From Paraphysomonas bandaiensis (taxonomy: Eukaryota; Protista; Chrysophyceae), in the NCBI GenBank assembly GCA_965644295.1, contig CBFFRP010000400.1, positions 1 to 64,000 on the forward strand: 64,000 bases of DNA, written 5' to 3'. The notes beneath the pieces were generated by a model. It was given only the letters and a program-made list of their open reading frames with translations. It made no database searches and was not told where the DNA came from. Of the stretch, positions 61,558 through 64,000 are shown one piece after another. Position 1 is the stretch's first letter. Each line of letters begins with the position of its first letter. Both the position numbers and the translations under genes were made by a program.

Positions 61558-63238
61558 TCAATATTTGACTTTTTGTTCTTCGTCTCTCCTCTTGCGCCGC
61601 TCTTTGCGGTCCTCTACTCTTTTGTTCCTATTTCTTGTTATCTTGTCTTGCTGTGACTATTCATGCCCTAAATTAGGCAAGAGATATACACACAAAACGA
61701 GCCAACTCAACATATTTAAACCACTAGTACACTAAAACAAAATAAAGTGTACAGCGCTTGTATATGATACATGTGCTTGTGCATAGCCACATACCTCAAT
61801 AAAGTTTGTATTTCCTCTCGCTACCAATGTTTCCTTCTTTTCCTTATATTTATTCCAAGCTTGCGTTTCTGGATTCTTTAGGCGGAGTTCAGCTAACCGC
61901 TTGGCTTCAGCTATTTCAGCAGCACGTTTCGCTTTCATGTCTATCACCTAGCGCACACATTAACATATATTTACAATATCTAGAAGGACAGGATATAGTA
62001 GTCAAAGTACCTCTTGTGATTGGTCTGGTAGCACAGAGCCATCATACATAAAGCGCAGACATGGACAGCAATAATAACGGGCCAGTCCCATCCTTTTTCG
62101 AGTCTTTCGTTCGTTTGCTCGTTTTGCACGAGCTGCTTTAGAGTCCTTGTCCTTAGATTGCTAATAGTAATATCGTGATTTACTGGATTTTTTAATGGTA
62201 TTCGTTTCATACCTTCAATTTCTCTTCTCTGCGGATAGCCTCCAATTGATTCTTTTTATTTTCCCAAAACCTGAGTAACAGATGCATAAGAGCACTACCT
62301 TTAGACAAAACACTTCTCAAAATTAGAATACGACAGGAGCCCTACCTTTTCCCCATTATATATCTCGTCATATTTATTTGTACAGAAAAGGCGGGCTGGA
62401 AGAGTCGGGGGAATTCCTTGTGAAAATCTGATTCACTCTCAATTAATTGGCTCATAACAACATAAATAAAATTCCATGAATATGGCCATATCAATAACTA
62501 CTAATAATAAGCCATGTCCATACGTTCAAATTCTTCGAAATCTACCCTGTCATCATCGCCGAACTTGAGGTTTTGCCAAGAAATCTTGATGTTACCCTGA
62601 ACAGACAAAAGTCATAAAATGAGTGCAAGAAGGTGTCATGCTATCACAATACCTTTACTGTTTCTCCGTCCTCAACACGGTGAAGGATGTTCATAAGCAT
62701 CTTCAGTTCGTCAGTCTCAAAATACCCATGCTTGTCTTGGTCGAATACAAAGAAACAAACTGTATCAAGCGTACATGAGCTAAAGCACGCTCAAAAGATA
62801 TTTAATTTCTGGCGCATATACACCACATATAAATAATTACATTTTAATATTTCTCGCGGTTCAAACAGGCAGTAGGTCGTGACCATTAGAAGAAATGCAC
62901 CAAAGTTGATTTTTCCATCATTTTCAATTTCTGATTAAGATTTTCAGATGACAATAAAAAGAGTAAAAGTACTTACCTAAAAGATCACATATACTATCAG
63001 TAAATATGGTACGCTTTTCTTCAATTGATTCAAATATTACAGATAGTTTAGCAAATCCTTTCAAACCAATTACACAGTTGTTCATATATGTATGTATATA
63101 TAACAAACCTGACTTCTCTTTATCATATCTACGAAATATCTTATAGAGCTTCTTGACCTCTTTTTGAGATAAATTTCCAAGTACAATAGCACGTTTAGCA
63201 TAATCATCAGGCTCTGGTACACTACCAGTAATACCCAT
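61558..63238 (-). CDS. EF-hand calcium-binding protein, probably N-myristoylated; multi-exon, 3' exons approximate
   Basis: MGITGS; KLYKIFRRYDKEKSG; NDGKINFGAFL; CFFVFDQDKHGYFETDEL; DDDRVDFEEF; LFQPAF. Confidence 0.8.
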
Positions 63239-63645
63239 CTTAGAATATGACTGTTAATGTATATATATATACAATAAATCACTGATATTACATGCTAATG
63301 AAGGGATATAATGAGGGTGATGTGATGGTATACATACGGTGTAATGGTATGTAATAGGGGTGTTTGATTGGGGTAATGTGCCCTATGAAGGTAGAGATAT
63401 CACTACCAGACAGCACTATTCGAGTGAATGTAAGTTACAAGGCAGTAGAAAGATGGGAATGTAGCGTATGACTACTTGCGTTCTTGACTGCCTATATATA
63501 TATATACAGTATACAGTCAAAGTACAGAGTGGAGCTACACTGCAGAGGAGTGTAAATATCACATTTCCGTTGAATGTATGTGTGTTATGTACGTATGTAT
63601 GTATGTAGTGCTGTAGGTAGGTACGTAGGTACCGCTGTACATACT

Positions 63646-63743
63646 ATGTATGTATGTATGTATGTATGTATGTATGTATGTATGTATGTATGTATGTATG
63701 TATGTATGTATGTATGTATGTATGTATGTATGTATGTATGTAT
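63646..63743. repeat. (TATG)n microsatellite
   Basis: Array of ~100 bp. Confidence 0.98.
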
Positions 63744-64000
63744 AGGTACATGTACTGTAGGTGTACCTATCTATGTATGTATTTGTATATTGTTGAGGTG
63801 GTGGAGTGTGTTAAGAAGGTTTAAAGTCATCGCATCTCAGTTAGCATCATACACATACATATACCGAAACACACACACAATGATACGTTCACTCTTTCAA
63901 TCCACACATTCATTTCGTACTATTCGTTCATCAATTCTAACCCGTCATACATCTACATGGCCATCATTTAGTGCTGAACATGCGGCTATATCAGAAATGT

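Overview
AT-rich, intron-containing eukaryotic DNA. Short GT-AG introns, CryptonS-like and diatom-style Copia remnants, and a mitochondrially targeted SerC point to a stramenopile; this assignment is inference. About 16 host genes are present: WLM/Wss1 protease, NADAR, ankyrin-TPR, TPR protein, SerC, coiled-coil protein, membrane protein, NDUFB2-like, SfsA, receptor-like RING-H2, GFA/DUF6151-like, secreted propeller protein, ALDH10/BADH, Tousled-like kinase, MAPEG-like and EF-hand protein. They are interleaved with many mobile elements. The standout is a non-LTR retrotransposon at 1-6978 (minus strand) whose polyprotein reads OTU-like cysteine protease, SET domain, APE endonuclease, RT, RNase H and CCHC finger, so it appears to carry its own chromatin-modifying module. 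Also present: a complete 6.3-kb Plavaka/CMC-type transposon with TIRs, palindromic subterminal arrays, a second gene and a 2-bp TSD confirmed by an empty paralogous site; an intact Crypton tyrosine-recombinase element with att-like ends; a structured 3' tail shared by three unrelated-looking retroelement fragments; hAT derivatives; a ~150-bp MITE family; two fold-back Copia remnants; and long (TACA)n arrays upstream of genes. All domain calls come from motif recognition by eye; no searches were run.
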